A stretch of DNA of 64,000 nucleotides from a virus. Lineage: Duplodnaviria; Caudoviricetes. Where the stretch lies: the IMG/VR virus record IMGVR_UViG_2700989102_000001, positions 1 through 64,000 of that record; one strand, written 5' to 3'. The translations under genes and the position numbers were made by a program. The notes beneath the pieces were generated by a model. The model worked only from the letters and a program-made list of their open reading frames with translations, was not told the origin of the DNA and did not search any database. Positions within the stretch are counted from its first letter, which is position 1. Each line of letters begins with the position of its first letter. Below, one piece after another: positions 9,347 through 17,922 of this stretch.

Positions 9347-10075
9347 TTGAGTCAGAAACTCGTCGTCGCCTTCCCGCTATACCGCCAGGTGTCTTCGGGT
9401 TGGCTTTTGACGTGGCTCCAGATGAACAAGGCGTCTGTTGCGGGAGTTGTCGCCAGCGAGGGTGTCTACATCACCCACGCGATGGAAGCGCTCACCGCGA
9501 TGGCCCTCAAGAACTATCCAGACTTTGATCGGCTCGTCGTCTACGAGGCAGACATGATTCCGCCCGTCGACGCTTTCGAGCGCATCGCCTCCTATGGCGA
9601 GGAGCATGACATTGTCGGCTCCGTTTACTTCAAGCATGTTTATCCGCACGAGATCATGGCGTGGCACCAGCCCGAGCCCCCACTGTTCCAGCCGGTGAGT
9701 CGAGAAGAAGCCCAAGGCATGATCGACAATCCCGGCCTCTATGAGATGGGTGGGGTCGCCATGGGCCTGACCTCGATTTCCCGGCGAGTGCTGGAAAACT
9801 GGGACCCCGAGATCCCGATGTGGGCACCGACCCCGCCACTGGTTGGGCATGACCTGCATTTCTGCAACGAGGCCCGCAAGCAGGGTTTCAAGGTTTGGCT
9901 CGACTCCGCCCTGGGATGCGGGCATATGTCCGAGCGGCCCGTGGGGTACGCCGACTGGGCCGCCGCCGATGGCTCACCCGCATTCCGCAAGCGCTGTGAG
10001 AGTTGGCAGGAGCGGAGCGTTCTGCGCATCGCGGAACTTGCGGACAATGCGCCGGCGACCGTGGTCGGCGAGTGA
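9347..10075 (+). CDS. Glycosyltransferase (GT-A fold)
   Basis: YEADM (DxD-like), GHDLHFC, VWLDS...CGH; TTG start after TAGGGGAACA. Confidence 0.75.
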   Translation: MSQKLVVAFPLYRQVSSGWLLTWLQMNKASVAGVVASEGVYITHAMEALTAMALKNYPDFDRLVVYEADMIPPVDAFERIASYGEEHDIVGSVYFKHVYPHEIMAWHQPEPPLFQPVSREEAQGMIDNPGLYEMGGVAMGLTSISRRVLENWDPEIPMWAPTPPLVGHDLHFCNEARKQGFKVWLDSALGCGHMSERPVGYADWAAADGSPAFRKRCESWQERSVLRIAELADNAPATVVGE

Positions 10076-10581
10076 GGAGGGCGCGGGTGGGAACGTTGAC
10101 GAAAGCCCGCGCCGAACTCACCTTTGCCTCCACGAGGGTGCATAAACGGTTCTTCAATCCGCGCGACTGCCGTGCGGAGGTGGACTTTTACCTCAAGCTG
10201 CAGTTTGGGCATCCCGAATTGCTCGACTACGACGATCAAACGTTAGTGATCGAGCGACTCACCCCCGTTACAGAGACGGACCTTCGCCCCGCCAGGGCGT
10301 TGGCGGAGTTGGTTGCAAAACTCCACCAACACGGGGTGAGCCATCGAGACGTCCACCCGGGGAACATCGTCCTCAAAGATGGGGAACCGCTACTCATTGA
10401 CTGGGAGACGGGCATCGACCGCCCGGGGTATGACCTGTTCGGGCCCGCCTCGGGGGTTCCCGTTCCCAGCATTCACAAGCAGATCGACTACGCGATGTGG
10501 GTGGCCTCCGATCATCGCGCATCCATTCTTCGACAGTGGAAAGTCGACCTGCGGCAATACTGCCAAGGAGTTTCACTTTGA
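10072..10581 (+). CDS. Small protein-kinase-like/APH-fold phosphotransferase
   Basis: Catalytic loop HRDVHPGN and LIDWE; GTGA overlap with upstream gene. Confidence 0.8.
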   Translation: MRRARVGTLTKARAELTFASTRVHKRFFNPRDCRAEVDFYLKLQFGHPELLDYDDQTLVIERLTPVTETDLRPARALAELVAKLHQHGVSHRDVHPGNIVLKDGEPLLIDWETGIDRPGYDLFGPASGVPVPSIHKQIDYAMWVASDHRASILRQWKVDLRQYCQGVSL

Positions 10582-11108
10582 GTTACCAGCCCCGCTGGGT
10601 AAACGGCAAGACGGTTGGAGTATCGCAACGCGACGCCGAGGGGCGTTTCGCGGCCATCGCCAAACACCTCTACGGGCAGTTTGGTTTCACCGCCCTTGAT
10701 CTAGGGGCCCATCAAGGGTACTTCGCCCATCGTCTCGCAGACGAGTTCGGCGCCGAGGTGATCGCGGCCGACGATTCTCCCGTCCTGGAGTCCGGGCCGG
10801 GCGTGAGCCTGATTCACAAGCGACTGACACCCGCCGACATTCTCGGGTTGAAGCATGTCGATGTCGCACTGTGCCTCAGCGTCCTGCACCACGTCCCCCA
10901 ATGGCGGGAAACCCTCGATGCCCTGCGCAGCATCTCTGACGTGCTGTTCGTTGAGACGGCCATTCCCGATGAAATTCTCCCCACCGCGGTTGCCCACGGA
11001 GATTCTGCCGCCATCCAGGCCCACGTCGAATCCATGGGCGGCAAGGCAATCGCCTGGACTCCCGGCTACGACGCCAACCACCTTCGTCCGCTGTGGGTGA
11101 TCGAATGA
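10578..11108 (+). CDS. Class I SAM-dependent methyltransferase
   Basis: ALDLGAHQG motif I; CLSVLHH. Confidence 0.85.
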   Translation: MSYQPRWVNGKTVGVSQRDAEGRFAAIAKHLYGQFGFTALDLGAHQGYFAHRLADEFGAEVIAADDSPVLESGPGVSLIHKRLTPADILGLKHVDVALCLSVLHHVPQWRETLDALRSISDVLFVETAIPDEILPTAVAHGDSAAIQAHVESMGGKAIAWTPGYDANHLRPLWVIE

Positions 11109-11770
11109 TCGGTGTCGTCACCTCCGCTTGGGGCGATTACGGCAAATACCTGCCCGAATGGGCGGAATCGCTAGCCAATCAGACGGTGCGGCCCGCTCAA
11201 GCGGTGATTGTGGACGCCGGATGCACCGATGCGGAGGGTGTTGCGCGCGCCGTTCAGATACTCAACGAGGCGGGGATTCCCGCGAAAACCGGGAAGGTTG
11301 AATACACCACCCTGGGCGCGGCGCGGAACGCTGCGACAGCGCTCTGCGACGCCGAGTGGGTGTCCCATCTTGACGCCGACGACCTCTTCCTGCCGAACGC
11401 CGTGGCGGATATCGCCGAGCTCACGGATAACCATGACGTAATCGCCTTCGGGTGTATCCGCGATGGTCGGCCAATCACCTTTCCCGAGGCCACCGCGGAG
11501 ATGATCCTCAACCGCCAGGTGTGCGTCTATTCCTGCGGGGCGTTCCGCAAATCCCTATGGGAGCAGCGACCCTGGCACACCCTCAACGACTGGTGCGACT
11601 CCACGTATTGGGTGGGGTTGGCGCACCTCGGCGCGCGGTTCGCCTCTACGGGAAGGGTTGGGTTCGTCTACCGCCAGCATGGCGATTCGGTATCGCACAC
11701 GATTTCGCCTGCGGATAAACAATTCGCCATCGACCAGTGGCTTAGCTCTATCGAGCGCTGGCAATTCTGA
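11105..11770 (+). CDS. Glycosyltransferase family 2
   Basis: SLANQT, VIVDAG, AARN, LDADD, YRQH motifs. Confidence 0.9.
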   Translation: MIGVVTSAWGDYGKYLPEWAESLANQTVRPAQAVIVDAGCTDAEGVARAVQILNEAGIPAKTGKVEYTTLGAARNAATALCDAEWVSHLDADDLFLPNAVADIAELTDNHDVIAFGCIRDGRPITFPEATAEMILNRQVCVYSCGAFRKSLWEQRPWHTLNDWCDSTYWVGLAHLGARFASTGRVGFVYRQHGDSVSHTISPADKQFAIDQWLSSIERWQF

Positions 11771-11781
11771 ACCAGGTTTCA

Positions 11782-12609
11782 ATGACAGCCCCAATTATCA
11801 TCTTCACCTTCGCCGGGCGCCGACCAAACGTCGAGCTTCTAAGGCCGTATATCGAGCGCATCCTCGCCGAGCATTCAAATGCCCGCTGGGAAATCTGGAA
11901 CCTGGCCCGCGACCCGCGGGATGCCGCATATCTGCGCACCTTCGAGGGTGATCGGATCGTGGTACGCCACGACTTCTACAACCCCAGCAACTGGTGGGCC
12001 AGCCTGAACGAGGTCTGGCGGGAATACGCCCGCAGCGACTACAAGGATGCGGTCTTCGTCAAGACCGATGACGATCTCGCATTCGTCGAGACCGACGGTT
12101 TCGGGGACTTCGTCAACCTTGCGGTGGCCAATCCCGACGCGGTGATCTCCGCGCTGACCGTGAACAACGGGGCCTCCACGCCGCTCATCCCCGGCATTAA
12201 CAGAGGGTTTGAGCGGCTCAACATCCCCCTGCTTGACGTGCACATGTCCAACGATTACGCGGAGATGGCCCACGGCTGGTTCTTTGACAACTGGAAGGGC
12301 CTGATCAAGGGCCGGGGGAGCGCCCCCACTGAGGACTGGGTGTCGATCAACCTCATCGCCTACACCTGGCAGGTGGGTAAGCGTCTCGGCGAACTCGTCG
12401 GGACGGTAAGCCCCCGACACATCGCCGGACGGGACTGGCGCGAAGGCTCCACCCTGGGGGACGAGGGGGCGGTCAACATGCTGCCCCGGATCATCGACAA
12501 GGGCCTTGTCGCCGCACACCTGACCTTCGGCCCGCAGCAATGTCCCGACGAGCAACAGGACCGCTGGCGGGCCCGCTACGCCGAGATCGCCGAGGAATAC
12601 CTGGCATGA
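11782..12609 (+). CDS. Putative glycosyltransferase
   Basis: FAGRR, FVKTDDD (DxD), GDEG, HLTFGPQ motifs. Confidence 0.7.
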   Translation: MTAPIIIFTFAGRRPNVELLRPYIERILAEHSNARWEIWNLARDPRDAAYLRTFEGDRIVVRHDFYNPSNWWASLNEVWREYARSDYKDAVFVKTDDDLAFVETDGFGDFVNLAVANPDAVISALTVNNGASTPLIPGINRGFERLNIPLLDVHMSNDYAEMAHGWFFDNWKGLIKGRGSAPTEDWVSINLIAYTWQVGKRLGELVGTVSPRHIAGRDWREGSTLGDEGAVNMLPRIIDKGLVAAHLTFGPQQCPDEQQDRWRARYAEIAEEYLA

Positions 12610-13307
12610 AAGCCGCTGTCGTCATTCCATTCCGGGATCGGGGGAAGGACCCCCTGCGCCCCGCCAACCTGAAGCGGGTTCTGCAGCATTGGGAGGACTT
12701 CAACGCTCCGGTGTTCGTCGTGGACGACGGGCGCTCGGGGGAGGCCAGCTTCAATCGATCCGCCGCCTACAACCGCGGCGCCGCAATGACCGATGCCGAC
12801 GTCATCGTCTACAGCGAGGCTGACCTGATCGTCGACTTTCGGCAGATCGTCTCCGGCATCAAGCTGGCGGCCGAGAAGCCTGGACTGGTTGTGCCGTTCT
12901 CTCGATTCATGGCGATGGCCGAAAGCGACTCCATCGAGGTCCGCAAGGGCAACCTCCCGCCCCACCTGGCCGACGCGAAGCAGATCCGCGGGGAGCGGCG
13001 GTCCATCGGCGCGGTGAACATCGTGTCCCGCGAGGCCCTGAACCTCATCGGTCAATACGACGAGTGTTTCGAGGGTGCCTGGCACGACGACGACGCCATG
13101 GAATTAGCCTTCCGCATCACCTGCGGGCCCACCCGCTTCGTGGATGGGCCCGGATATCACCTTTACCACCTGCCCGGCGCCCAAGGGGAACACCTTTCCG
13201 ACGCCGACCGCGCCGCCACCGCGGCGAACAAAAGGCGCTGGGAGCTGTACCTGGAGGCGAAAACTCCGGAGCGTATTCGCGAGTTGACAGCCGGCGCGCC
13301 GGAGTAG
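12606..13307 (+). CDS. Glycosyltransferase (GT2/GT7 galactosyltransferase-like)
   Basis: VIPFRDR, FNRSAAYNRG, YDECFEGAWHDD, HLYH motifs. Confidence 0.85.
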   Translation: MKAAVVIPFRDRGKDPLRPANLKRVLQHWEDFNAPVFVVDDGRSGEASFNRSAAYNRGAAMTDADVIVYSEADLIVDFRQIVSGIKLAAEKPGLVVPFSRFMAMAESDSIEVRKGNLPPHLADAKQIRGERRSIGAVNIVSREALNLIGQYDECFEGAWHDDDAMELAFRITCGPTRFVDGPGYHLYHLPGAQGEHLSDADRAATAANKRRWELYLEAKTPERIRELTAGAPE

Positions 13308-13314
13308 GAAAGCC

Positions 13315-13899
13315 ATTCTCAAGAAACTCGCCGCCCTGTTGACGTTGGGCGGTTTACTCGCGTTTTTTGTCGCGCCCACCGTTTCCGACCCGCAACTGGT
13401 CAAGGCGATGTTCAGCCGCGACACGGTGATCATGGATGAGGTTGCGGCGGCGGTTAACCGCGTCGCCATGGCCTATCCCGAGGTTCGGGGCATCGAGATC
13501 CGATCGGAGAAGCTTGACCCGGGGGTGTACGCCTACGCCTCGGCCGGCAAGATGATCGTCTTCAACTCGAACTACACCAGTGATCCGGCCCTGTTCCGCC
13601 ACTACGTGGATGCAGACATTGAGGCGCATTTCCATCCGCCCCTGGGGCGGTGCACGCACGCCGAACTCTTGGCGTACCACGAGGCGGCGCACATCGTGGA
13701 CCAGAACCGCCACATGAAGCCACGCCTGGCGCTGGCCATCGCTTACGGCCGGGGCGAATCCCTGCAGGGGAAGTTGTCCCGCTACTCGTTTACGCAGAGC
13801 GGCACCCTGGCCCATGGCGAGGCATTGGCGGAGGCTTTCGCCGCGGCACTCTGCGGCAGCGCTAACGAGACAGAAAAGGCTCTCTTCGAGCTGTTTTAG
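13315..13899 (+). CDS. Secreted zincin metallopeptidase-like protein (start ATT 13315 or TTG 13339)
   Basis: HEAAH plus EALAEAF; hydrophobic N-terminus. Confidence 0.7.
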   Translation: MLKKLAALLTLGGLLAFFVAPTVSDPQLVKAMFSRDTVIMDEVAAAVNRVAMAYPEVRGIEIRSEKLDPGVYAYASAGKMIVFNSNYTSDPALFRHYVDADIEAHFHPPLGRCTHAELLAYHEAAHIVDQNRHMKPRLALAIAYGRGESLQGKLSRYSFTQSGTLAHGEALAEAFAAALCGSANETEKALFELF

Positions 13900-13907
13900 G
13901 GGAACAC

Positions 13908-14210
13908 ATGAGCGAAGTCGAAGACATCGCCGAGATAGCAATCGAGATTGCCGACGAGAAGGGCTTTCCGATCGTCCTGCTGGGCGGCGATCCGGATGAC
14001 CCGATGGCGGAGATGCTCCGCATGGCGGGTGTGCAGTTCCTGCACGCGCGGGATCTGGCGTGCACTCCACGGGCCGTCTACATCACGCAGGAGCAACGAT
14101 ACGACGCCTACCGATTCGGCATCGGGTCGGTCGTCATCGACAAATTCAACACGATTCCGGACCAACCCGGAGTGACGGTGCACCGCAAACCGGAATTGGT
14201 GGACGAATAA
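13908..14210 (+). CDS. Hypothetical protein
   Basis: TAGGGGAACA RBS; operon continuity. Confidence 0.7.
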   Translation: MSEVEDIAEIAIEIADEKGFPIVLLGGDPDDPMAEMLRMAGVQFLHARDLACTPRAVYITQEQRYDAYRFGIGSVVIDKFNTIPDQPGVTVHRKPELVDE

Positions 14211-14211
14211 A

Positions 14212-14540
14212 GCCACCGAGCCGGGGACCGCGGGGATGGTTCGCGCCGACTCGGTGGCGAGTTAGCCGCAGCGGGCGGGCGGGCCATGGGGGTCGCGGGC
14301 AATGTGGCTCGCTGCGAAGTCTTTAGTTGTGGCCCGCCGGGATGATGCGTGGAAGCGGTTCACCTGTACCAAGGGCTAACCCCCGGCGGGCCGTATGCCT
14401 TCGGGACCAGGCTTGAATCGATTTTTCGGTTCAGCCCCTCCGGCATGGCCAAAGCGTAGCGCAGTGCACTGTGGAGCGCAACCCACTGCGGTGAAATTCT
14501 TTCTAGATCAACCCGGGACGGCAGCTGACCTGGGGTTTCC
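14212..14540 (+). ncRNA. Candidate structured RNA (multi-hairpin intergenic region)
   Basis: About 360 nt with no credible ORF and at least five stems of 7-11 bp. Confidence 0.4.
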
Positions 14541-14572
14541 GTATCGGCTGCATGACACGCAAGGGGAACTGC

Positions 14573-15301
14573 GTGCGCGTAATCGCCATGGTCTCATGGT
14601 ACGAGGAGAACCCCGCCTGGCTGGCGGAGTGCGTCTCCTCCATTTCAAAACTTGCCGACCACGTCGTGGCGGTCGACGGCGCCTACTGGGGATTCCCCAA
14701 CGCCGTGTTGAAACCGGCCAGCGGATCGGAACAGGCCGATGTGATCGCCCGGGCGGCCGCTGGCCTGGGGATGGGCACAACCATCCACGTCCCGCGCAAG
14801 CCGTGGTCGGGCCCGCATGGCGGCGAGGTTGCCAAACGCAACTTCATGATGCAGCTGGCCATGATGGTCGCCGAGCCGGGGGACTGGCTGCTGCGCATCG
14901 ACGCCGACGAGGTCTTGTCTGATGTGCCGCTAGACGCCCGCCAGCGCCTTGCCGAAACGAGTGCAAGCGTCGCCGAGGTGACCTTGTGGGAGCGTGAGGC
15001 CAGCGATCACATCGGCGAGACGGTTGACACCCTAGGGGATTACCAGCAGCCTTTCCGCTGCCTCTTTCGGGCAACTCCCGGCATTGATATCCGCGGCAAT
15101 CACTACACAGTGACCGCGCCGGTAGATGGAGAGCGGAGAGTCCTCAACGGCATGGGGCAAATCCCGGCCGAACAGCTTTTGGATCTGCGGCTTGAGCATC
15201 GCACCCGGCTGCGCACAAAGGCGCGCCAGCGGCTCAAGGCGGAATACAGCTCCCTGATCAACACTTTCGAAACAGTCTTAGAGAACCCTTGCGAGGAGTA
15301 A
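14573..15301 (+). CDS. Glycosyltransferase family 2-like
   Basis: ECVSS...VVAVDG, KRN, LRIDADE; AGGGGAAC RBS. Confidence 0.85.
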   Translation: MRVIAMVSWYEENPAWLAECVSSISKLADHVVAVDGAYWGFPNAVLKPASGSEQADVIARAAAGLGMGTTIHVPRKPWSGPHGGEVAKRNFMMQLAMMVAEPGDWLLRIDADEVLSDVPLDARQRLAETSASVAEVTLWEREASDHIGETVDTLGDYQQPFRCLFRATPGIDIRGNHYTVTAPVDGERRVLNGMGQIPAEQLLDLRLEHRTRLRTKARQRLKAEYSSLINTFETVLENPCEE

Positions 15302-15558
15302 TGCCCAAACCTGTTGACCCCGACCTGTTGGAAGCCCTGCTTTTCGAATATCGGTCTTACGCCCAAAACGGCCTTGACGACCGCGCCGAGGATGTTGCCA
15401 AGGTCTTGGCGATCTATGGCCACGACCCCCGCCCGGTCAAATCTGAAAAACCGGCACCCGAACCCAAGGAGCGCGCCGTCGCCGACGAGCCGCTTGAGAA
15501 AGCCGTCGAAGAAGCCCCCGCACCGAAGCGTCGCGGGCGCCCACCGAAAGGGGAGTAA
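15301..15558 (+). CDS. Small head-associated protein with C-terminal AT-hook
   Basis: GAGGAG RBS; KRRGRPPK at C-terminus. Confidence 0.7.
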   Translation: MPKPVDPDLLEALLFEYRSYAQNGLDDRAEDVAKVLAIYGHDPRPVKSEKPAPEPKERAVADEPLEKAVEEAPAPKRRGRPPKGE

Positions 15559-16128
15559 GTGGCAGAGGATCTGACTCCAGAAGACGTCGAGAGCTATACC
15601 CGGGGTCGGATCTCCAAAGACGACCCCGAGACCACTCGCGCCCTAACGGCCGCCCTCCAGCGTGCCCGCAGGGCCTGTGGCTGGCATGTCACCCCCGTAC
15701 AGGAGGAGACGGTCTCGCTTCACGGCACGGGCCATGGCTTCATTGTTCTGCCCACCCTGAAGCCCGTTGAGCTCCTGTCCGTCACGGAGGATGGAAGGGA
15801 AGTCGACCTCGACGATCTGTATTTCCTCTCCGAGGAGCCGGGCGTGCTCTACAAGAAGTGTGGCTGGTGGTGCCGCGAAAAGATCGAGGTCACCTTCACC
15901 CATGGTTTCACCGCTGACGAGGCGGTGGATTTCCGCGAGGCTGTTCTGCAGGTCGTGGATATCGCCCACATGATGATCGGGACCGGCGCCGTCGGCCCGC
16001 TGACCGGCATGGAAGTGGACGATGTCTCCCTCCGCTGGTCGGGTCTCGTGGACCGCTCGTGGGGTATTGCGAAAGATCCCCTTCGTGAATCGGTCCTGTA
16101 TCAGTACAGGCTGGTGGCGATAGCGTGA
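15559..16128 (+). CDS. Head-to-tail adaptor
   Basis: RRACGWHV, VTFTHG motifs; position. Confidence 0.8.
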   Translation: MAEDLTPEDVESYTRGRISKDDPETTRALTAALQRARRACGWHVTPVQEETVSLHGTGHGFIVLPTLKPVELLSVTEDGREVDLDDLYFLSEEPGVLYKKCGWWCREKIEVTFTHGFTADEAVDFREAVLQVVDIAHMMIGTGAVGPLTGMEVDDVSLRWSGLVDRSWGIAKDPLRESVLYQYRLVAIA

Positions 16129-16469
16129 ATTTCGGCGGGCAAACGGTCACCTTCGTGACCATCACCGAAGACCTCAATGACCGGGACAAGTACAACAACC
16201 CTCGACAGGTTCGTACTGAGACTCCGGTTCCGGGGTGTCGCTTCCGGCCGCTCTCCGCGAAGGAAAAGGTCGAGTTCGGTTACAACACCGTCACCGACCC
16301 TTGGAAGTGCACCGCCCCCGCCATTCCTGCGGTGATGGACGCCCTCTCCACCGGCATCCTGCAGTACGGCGGTGTTGACTATCAGATAACCGGTGGTGCA
16401 AGAACTTTCGCCAGCTTCGCCGGGCAGCCCTTCAAGGTCACGATCATCTGCGAAAGGCGTGCGATCTAA
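16125..16469 (+). CDS. Head-to-tail stopper
   Basis: VPGCRFRP, YQITG motifs; synteny. Confidence 0.75.
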   Translation: MNFGGQTVTFVTITEDLNDRDKYNNPRQVRTETPVPGCRFRPLSAKEKVEFGYNTVTDPWKCTAPAIPAVMDALSTGILQYGGVDYQITGGARTFASFAGQPFKVTIICERRAI

Positions 16470-16919
16470 ATGCCCAAGGATGTGGTCGTCAGGCTCAGGG
16501 ATGTGCGGTCGGCCCTCCTGGACGGCGTCAGTGAGAGCCGCGATCTCCGCCGGGTCGTTCAGCGTTTCATCAACGACGTCGAGCAAACCTGGCACGACGT
16601 GTGGAACGTCTCGATGCTCGGCGTCCTCGCCCAGCAAACGGGAACGCCCCACCCGTACCAGACCGGCGACTACAAAGCGCACATCAAGAAGAAGCGCTTA
16701 ACGGCGATGCAGAAACTGCGCATCAAAAAATTCCTGAAGGGCGGCCTACCCATCGGGTTGGTCTACAACAACGATGAAAAGGCCCACTGGATCGAATACG
16801 GCACGAAAAGGGATAAGCCCGGCAGCCGGTCACCATGGGGGCCCAACACCCCCACGCCGGCTTTCGAGATTATGCAGCGCGTAGCCAAGATCATGAATGA
16901 GGATGTCCGCTATAGGTGA
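16470..16919 (+). CDS. Neck/tail-completion protein (HK97 gp10-like)
   Basis: TGDY...AHWIEYGT motif. Confidence 0.7.
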   Translation: MPKDVVVRLRDVRSALLDGVSESRDLRRVVQRFINDVEQTWHDVWNVSMLGVLAQQTGTPHPYQTGDYKAHIKKKRLTAMQKLRIKKFLKGGLPIGLVYNNDEKAHWIEYGTKRDKPGSRSPWGPNTPTPAFEIMQRVAKIMNEDVRYR

Positions 16920-17332
16920 CCGAATACGAATATCCACCTGGTGTCCAGGTGATTATCCAGCACCTCAAGACAATCGGTTTTGAGGTGCGCAACGAGCGCC
17001 CGCCGGAGTCCCCACTTCCATTCGCCACCGTCCACCGCGTGGGCGGGGGCGAAGACGAGGCGGGCATCACTGACGAGGGTCGATACGCCATCCTCGTCTT
17101 CGGATCTTCCCAGGAAGAGGTTGACACCGCCACCCAAAAGGTTGTCCGCCGCATGAAGAAGCTGGCTTTCGCCGGCCAGGAGAAGGTCATCATCGGCGGC
17201 AAGGCGTACTTCGCCGATGGCGCGCGAAAACGCGAAGAGCGTCCTATCGACAATCTCGACAACGCCATCCCGAGGAGGTTCTTCGGAACATCCCTGATGT
17301 ATGACGTCCCGATGAGGATTGTCGCCGCCTAA
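16916..17332 (+). CDS. Tail terminator protein
   Basis: LPFATVHRVGG motif; synteny. Confidence 0.75.
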   Translation: MTEYEYPPGVQVIIQHLKTIGFEVRNERPPESPLPFATVHRVGGGEDEAGITDEGRYAILVFGSSQEEVDTATQKVVRRMKKLAFAGQEKVIIGGKAYFADGARKREERPIDNLDNAIPRRFFGTSLMYDVPMRIVAA

Positions 17333-17568
17333 ACGTTGAGCGGAATTCTCCGCTTACAGGTCCGACACACCTTATCTACGTATTCGCCCCGGCATCCGTC
17401 ATATCTGTCGAGATACCAGTCGTGCCGCCATCTGCGGCATCGGGGCGCGGGGGTCTGGATCTTTCCGCCCAATGGGCGCTTTCCCCACCAAATACGCGCA
17501 CTGCCGTCCTCGTACTTAACGACCGAATCGTTAAGGACGCTCTCAGCAAAGAGATCTGACGGCTTCAT
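17329..17568 (-). CDS. Antisense small protein with Cys/His motif (moron-like)
   Basis: Fills the gap in the tail operon; C..RHDW...CRTC; leaderless extended -10 upstream. Confidence 0.6.
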   Translation of the reverse strand: MKPSDLFAESVLNDSVVKYEDGSARIWWGKRPLGGKIQTPAPRCRRWRHDWYLDRYDGCRGEYVDKVCRTCKRRIPLNV

Positions 17569-17615
17569 ATCCACCAACCCTACCACATCTCTTATGCACT
17601 GAGAGGAATCACTAA

Positions 17616-17882
17616 GTGGCTAAGTACCGCACTGTCCAGGCGGTGACCTTCGTCCAGAACGGCAAGGTCGTCTCTATCGAGCCGAATCGCGTTGTCGAAA
17701 TCGACGACGCGCAGGCCGAAAAGCTTGGCGCCAAGGTCGAGCGGGCCCGGGAGAACGACTCGATGTTCCCCGATGGCGCCCCCATCATCCCCGCCGGCTT
17801 CGTCCCCGAAGCCCCCGCCGAAGAGGCCAATCAGCGGCTCGTGAGCCAGCTCCCGAAGCCCGAGCCCAAGAAGGCCAAGTAA
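17616..17882 (+). CDS. Hypothetical virion-associated protein
   Basis: GAGAGGA RBS; strong codon bias. Confidence 0.75.
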   Translation: MAKYRTVQAVTFVQNGKVVSIEPNRVVEIDDAQAEKLGAKVERARENDSMFPDGAPIIPAGFVPEAPAEEANQRLVSQLPKPEPKKAK

Positions 17883-17922
17883 GTCCCACTCCGCCCATCG
17901 TGGGCATCGAAAGGAATAGCTA

